DNA of 64,000 nt from the human T2T-CHM13v2.0 reference genome, Homo sapiens, in the NCBI RefSeq assembly GCF_009914755.1, contig NC_060948.1, one strand, 5' to 3'. The notes beneath the pieces are model-generated. The model had not been told where the DNA came from and did not search any database. It worked only from the letters and a program-made list of their open reading frames with translations. Below, one piece after another: positions 57,027 to 64,000 of this stretch (position 1 is the first letter of the stretch; each line of letters starts with the position of its first letter). The translations under genes and the position numbers were made by a program.

Positions 57027-59126
57027 AGATCCATATTTTTTAAATGAAAAAAAATTTCAAAGGTACTCTGCTTGGTACAATAATCAAATGTATAAACTGA
57101 GGAATAAAACATAACCATGAAACCTACTTATAACTGCATATGGAAAATACAGAGGATAATTTTTTAAATAACATAGTTTGAAAGCCTTAACTAGTAATTT
57201 GAAGAGTTGGCATTTGAAAGGCCAGTATGAATATACCTTCAAAGCAGCAACACAGGTTCCCCATGAGAAAAAGCAAACACAGGGAAAATAAAAACACAAA
57301 GGTTCAATCTCTTCTGACCTTTGAAAGACACAGCACAGACAGTGGTCCTTAGGACGAAGAGCAGGAGACCCCTAATTCCGTCACCATGGCGATAGGGCAT
57401 AAACATTGCTGGGTGAGGGCACAATCCACATTGTGAGGTCCAACTGCTGCCAGGAAGACAGGAGTGCTTTTACATAGACCGAAAGGTCATTGAAGGCTCA
57501 GAGTTTTGTTTCAAGAACTGAATCCCAAGCCCACACGTTATTAGGCTGCGTTTCTTAAAACAAGTTATGAGATGGGAAAAAGGGCACCCACAAACATACG
57601 TATACATTATGTATATAATAATATACAGTGTCATATATATAATATATATAACCTATGTATAATATTGTTTTACATCCTGCATCTTATGTTATATATATTG
57701 TATAAAATATAATAATTGATAATATATCTTTTATAATTATACAATATGACATATAGTATATATTATAATTTATGACATATATAATATATGTTATATATCA
57801 TATACAGAATATACTATACGGTTAATATACGTATTAAATATAAATTATACATTATATATATTATATATAATATATCTGTTATATATAATACCCGTTATGC
57901 ATAATATATATATTATGTCTATGTTATATATAGTATAAAACAACATATAATAATATATAATTGTATATATAAATGCGACATATAATATATATTATATTTT
58001 ATGACATATGTAATATATATTATATATTATATATAATACGTTGTATGTATAATACCTATATTAAATATATATTATATGACTATGTTATTAATTACATGTC
58101 ACATGTGTTATATATTATATATTTTACATAGAATATACCGGTTACATACAATATATACCATGTTACCTATAATGTATAATTTATTACATGTAAAATAAAG
58201 AATGCAATATATTATGTATAATTTATAATATACAATATGTGGAATGTGATATGTATAACATATAATATATGATATATGATATACAGTATATGATATATAA
58301 CATACAATATATGATTCCTAATATATATGGTATACAATATATATTTTATGATATGTATTCTGTATGTTTTATATTCTGTTATATATAACTATTTGAAATT
58401 ATATATAACTGTATAATATTTTATGTAAATATGTAATATAATATATATAACTATATAATATATTATATATAACTATATATTATGTTATATATACTTTTAT
58501 AACATAATTTACATAAAATATCATAATATAATATATATTATATTATTTCATATTACATAATATATATTACATATCACCCAATATAACTAACATACATAAT
58601 ATTATAATATAGATTATATTATGTTATATTAAATATCATATATATCATGTATCATATATTCTATAATATATATTACACATTATATAATATGTATGTTGTC
58701 TATTATGTGATATATATAACTATATATAATTATATTTTTATACATATAACTAGATAAACATGTAATTCTACATATTTTCATTTATAATATGTAGAAGTAT
58801 ATAATCATATATAATTATTTATATTCTATAAAAAATTTTATCATTATATAAATTATAATATATAAAAATTATAATATGTACTACAAATATATATATTATC
58901 TATCATATATGATATAGTACCTTTGTTATATATCATAATACATATAAATGTGTATTATGTTATCTATAATTATATAATTTCATATATAAGATGTATAATA
59001 TGTATCATATATTATATATGTTATGTAATATATATAGTATATATAAGATGACACAGGATAAATATTACATTCTATGACATATAAAATATATGAGGTTATA
59101 TGTTACATATAAGGCATAGCACATAA

Positions 59127-59441
<315 letters not shown>

Positions 59442-61543
59442 AGATCCATATTTTTTAAATGAAAAAAAATTTCAAAGGTACTCTGCTTGGTACAATAATC
59501 AAATGTATAAACTGAGGAATAAAACATAACCATGAAACCTACTTATAACTGCATATGGAAAATACAGAGGATAATTTTTTAAATAACATAGTTTGAAAGC
59601 CTTAACTAGTAATTTGAAGAGTTGGCATTTGAAAGGCCAGTATGAATATACCTTCAAAGCAGCAACACAGGTTCCCCATGAGAAAAAGCAAACACAGGGA
59701 AAATAAAAACACAAAGGTTCAATCTCTTCTGACCTTTGAAAGACACAGCACAGACAGTGGTCCTTAGGACGAAGAGCAGGAGACCCCTAATTCCGTCACC
59801 ATGGCGATAGGGCATAAACATTGCTGGGTGAGGGCACAATCCACATTGTGAGGTCCAACTGCTGCCAGGAAGACAGGAGTGCTTTTACATAGACCGAAAG
59901 GTCATTGAAGGCTCAGAGTTTTGTTTCAAGAACTGAATCCCAAGCCCACACGTTATTAGGCTGCGTTTCTTAAAACAAGTTATGAGATGGGAAAAAGGGC
60001 ACCCACAAACATACGTATACATTATGTATATAATAATATACAGTGTCATATATATAATATATATAACCTATGTATAATATTGTTTTACATCCTGCATCTT
60101 ATGTTATATATATTGTATAAAATATAATAATTGATAATATATCTTTTATAATTATACAATATGACATATAGTATATATTATAATTTATGACATATATAAT
60201 ATATGTTATATATCATATACAGAATATACTATACGGTTAATATACGTATTAAATATAAATTATACATTATATATATTATATATAATATATCTGTTATATA
60301 TAATACCCGTTATGCATAATATATATATTATGTCTATGTTATATATAGTATAAAACAACATATAATAATATATAATTGTATATATAAATGCGACATATAA
60401 TATATATTATATTTTATGACATATGTAATATATATTATATATTATATATAATACGTTGTATGTATAATACCTATATTAAATATATATTATATGACTATGT
60501 TATTAATTACATGTCACATGTGTTATATATTATATATTTTACATAGAATATACCGGTTACATACAATATATACCATGTTACCTATAATGTATAATTTATT
60601 ACATGTAAAATAAAGAATGCAATATATTATGTATAATTTATAATATACAATATGTGGAATGTGATATGTATAACATATAATATATGATATATGATATACA
60701 GTATATGATATATAACATACAATATATGATTCCTAATATATATGGTATACAATATATATTTTATGATATGTATTCTATATGTTTTATATTCTGTTATATA
60801 TAACTATATGAAATTATATATAACTGTATAATATTTTATGTAAATATATAATATAATATATATAACTATATAATATATTATATATAACTATATATTATGT
60901 TATATATACTTTTATAACATAATTTACATAAAATATCATAATATAATATATATTATATTATTTCATATTACATAATATATATTACATATCACCCAATATA
61001 ACTAACATACATAATATTATAATATAGATTATATTATGTTATATTAAATATCATATATATCATGTATCATATATTCTATAATATATATTACACATTATAT
61101 AATATGTATGTTGTCTATTATGTGATATATATAACTATATATATAATTATATTTTTATACATATAACTAGATAAACATGTAATTCTACATATTTTCATTT
61201 ATAATATGTAGAAGTATATAATCATATATAATTATTTATATTCTATAAAAAATTTTATCATTATCTAAATTATAATATATAAAAATTATAATATGTACTA
61301 CAAATATATATATTATATATCATATATGATATAGTACCTTTGTTATATATCATAATACATATAAATGTGTATTATGTTATCTATAATTATATAATTTCAT
61401 ATATAAGATGTATAATATGTATCATATATTATATATGTTATGTAATATATATAGTATATATAAGATGACACAGGATAAATATTACATTCTATGACATATA
61501 AAATATATGAGGTTATATGTTACATATAAGGCATAGCACATAA

Positions 61544-61858
<315 letters not shown>

Positions 61859-63984
61859 AGATCCATATTTTTTAAATGAAAAAAAATTTCAAAGGTACTC
61901 TGCTTGGTACAATAATCAAATGTATAAACTGAGGAATAAAACATAACCATGAAACCTACTTATAACTGCATATGGAAAATACAGAGGATAATTTTTTAAA
62001 TAACATATTTTGAAAGCCTTAACTAGTAATTTGAAGAGTTGGCATTTGAAAGGCCAGTATGAATATACCTTCAATGCAGCAACACAGGTTCCCCATGAGA
62101 AAAAGCAAACACAGGGAAAATAAAAACACAAAGGTTCAATCTCTTCTGACCTTTGAAAGACACAGCACAGACAGTGGTACTTAGGACGAAGAGCAGGAGA
62201 CCCCTAATTCCGTCACCATGGCGATAGTGCATAAACATTGCTGGGTGAGGGCACAATCCACATTGTGAGGTCCAACTGCTGCCAGGAAGACAGGAGTGCT
62301 TTCACATAGACCGAAAGGTCATTGAAGGCTCAGAGTTTTGTTTCAAGAACTGAATCCCAAGCCCACACGTTATTAGGCTGCGCTTCTTAAAACAAGTTAT
62401 GAGATGGGAAAAAGGGCACCCACAAACATACGTATACATTATGTATATAATAATATACAGTGTCATATATATAATATATATAACCTATGTATAATATTGT
62501 TTTACATCCTGCATCTTATGTTATATATATTGTATAAAATATAATAATTGATAATATATAAGTTTTATAATTATACAATATGACATATAGTATATATTAT
62601 AATTTATGACATATATAATATATGTTATATATCATATACAGAATATATTATACGGTTAATATACGTATTAAATATAAATTATACATTATATATATTATAT
62701 ATAATATATCTGTTATATATAATACCCGTTATGCATAATATATATATTATGTCTATGTTATATATAGTATAAAACAACATATAATAATATATAATTGTAT
62801 ATATAAAATGCGACATATAATATATATTATATTTTATAACATATGTAATATATATTATATATTATATATAATACGTTGTATGTATAATACCTATATTAAA
62901 TATATATTATATGACTATGTTATTAATTACATGTCACATGTGTTATATATTATATATTTTACATAGAATATACCGGTTACATACAATATATACCATGTTA
63001 CCTATAATGTATAATTTATTACATGTAAAATAAAGAATGCAATATATTATGTATAATTTATAATATACAATATGTGGAATGTGATATATATAACATATAA
63101 TATATGATATATGATATACAGTATATGATATATAACATACAATATATGATTCCTAATATATATGGTATACAATATATATTTTATGATATGTATTCTGTAT
63201 GTTTTATATTCTGTTATATATAACTATTTGAAATTATATATAACTGTATAATATTTTATGTAAATATGTAATATAATATATATAACTATATAATATATTA
63301 TATATAACTATATATTATGTTATATATACTTTTATAACATAATTTACATAAAATATCATAATATAATATATATTATATTATTTCATATTACATAATATAT
63401 ATTACATATCACCCAATATAACTAACATACATAATATTATAATATAGATTATATTGTGTTATATTAAATATCATATATATCATGTATCATATATTCTATA
63501 ATATATATTACACATTATATAATATGTATGTTGTCTATTATGTGATATATATAACTATATATAATTATATTTTTATACATATAACTAGATAAACATGTAA
63601 TTCTACATATTTTCATTTATAATATGTAGAAGTATATAATCATATATAAATATTTATATTCTATAAAAAATTTTATCATTATATAAATTATAATATATAA
63701 AAATTATAATATGTACTACAAATATATATATTATCTATCATATAAGATATAGTACCTTTGTTATATATCATAATACATATAAATGTGTATTATGTTATCT
63801 ATAATTATATAATTTCATATATAAGATGTATAATATGTATCATATATTATATATGTTATGTAATATATATAGTATATATAAGATGACACAGGATAAATAT
63901 TACATTCTATGACATATAAAATATATGAGGTTATATGTTACATATAAGGCATAGCACATAGCATGTAATATATATCATATATAA

Positions 63985-64000
63985 TTTTTTTTTAGACAGA
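63985..64000 (-). mobile_element. Alu tail of unit 27, cut by the window end
   Basis: tttttttttagacaga at the expected period. Confidence 0.85.

Overview
The whole 64-kb window is one uninterrupted head-to-tail tandem array of a ~2.42-kb composite unit (~26.5 copies). Each unit has three parts: a ~1.55-kb extremely AT-rich low-complexity tract, a diverged, slightly 5'-truncated Alu on the minus strand, and a ~570-bp moderately GC-rich unique segment (HSATI-type). This is the known human satellite HSat1B/DYZ2, most likely Yq12 heterochromatin, although smaller HSat1B arrays on acrocentric short arms cannot be excluded from sequence alone. There are no credible protein-coding or RNA genes; all ORFs in the track are short chance frames repeated once per unit. 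I found no evidence of a new gene system. What is worth examining is the array's internal history: a staggered subfamily switch at ~16.7-21.6 kb, more diverged units on the left, locally homogenised blocks, segment copies at 3-, 4- and 5-unit offsets, and one odd unit lacking the Alu-internal 16-bp duplication. There are also speculative TF-motif and palindrome observations. All comparisons were made by eye.
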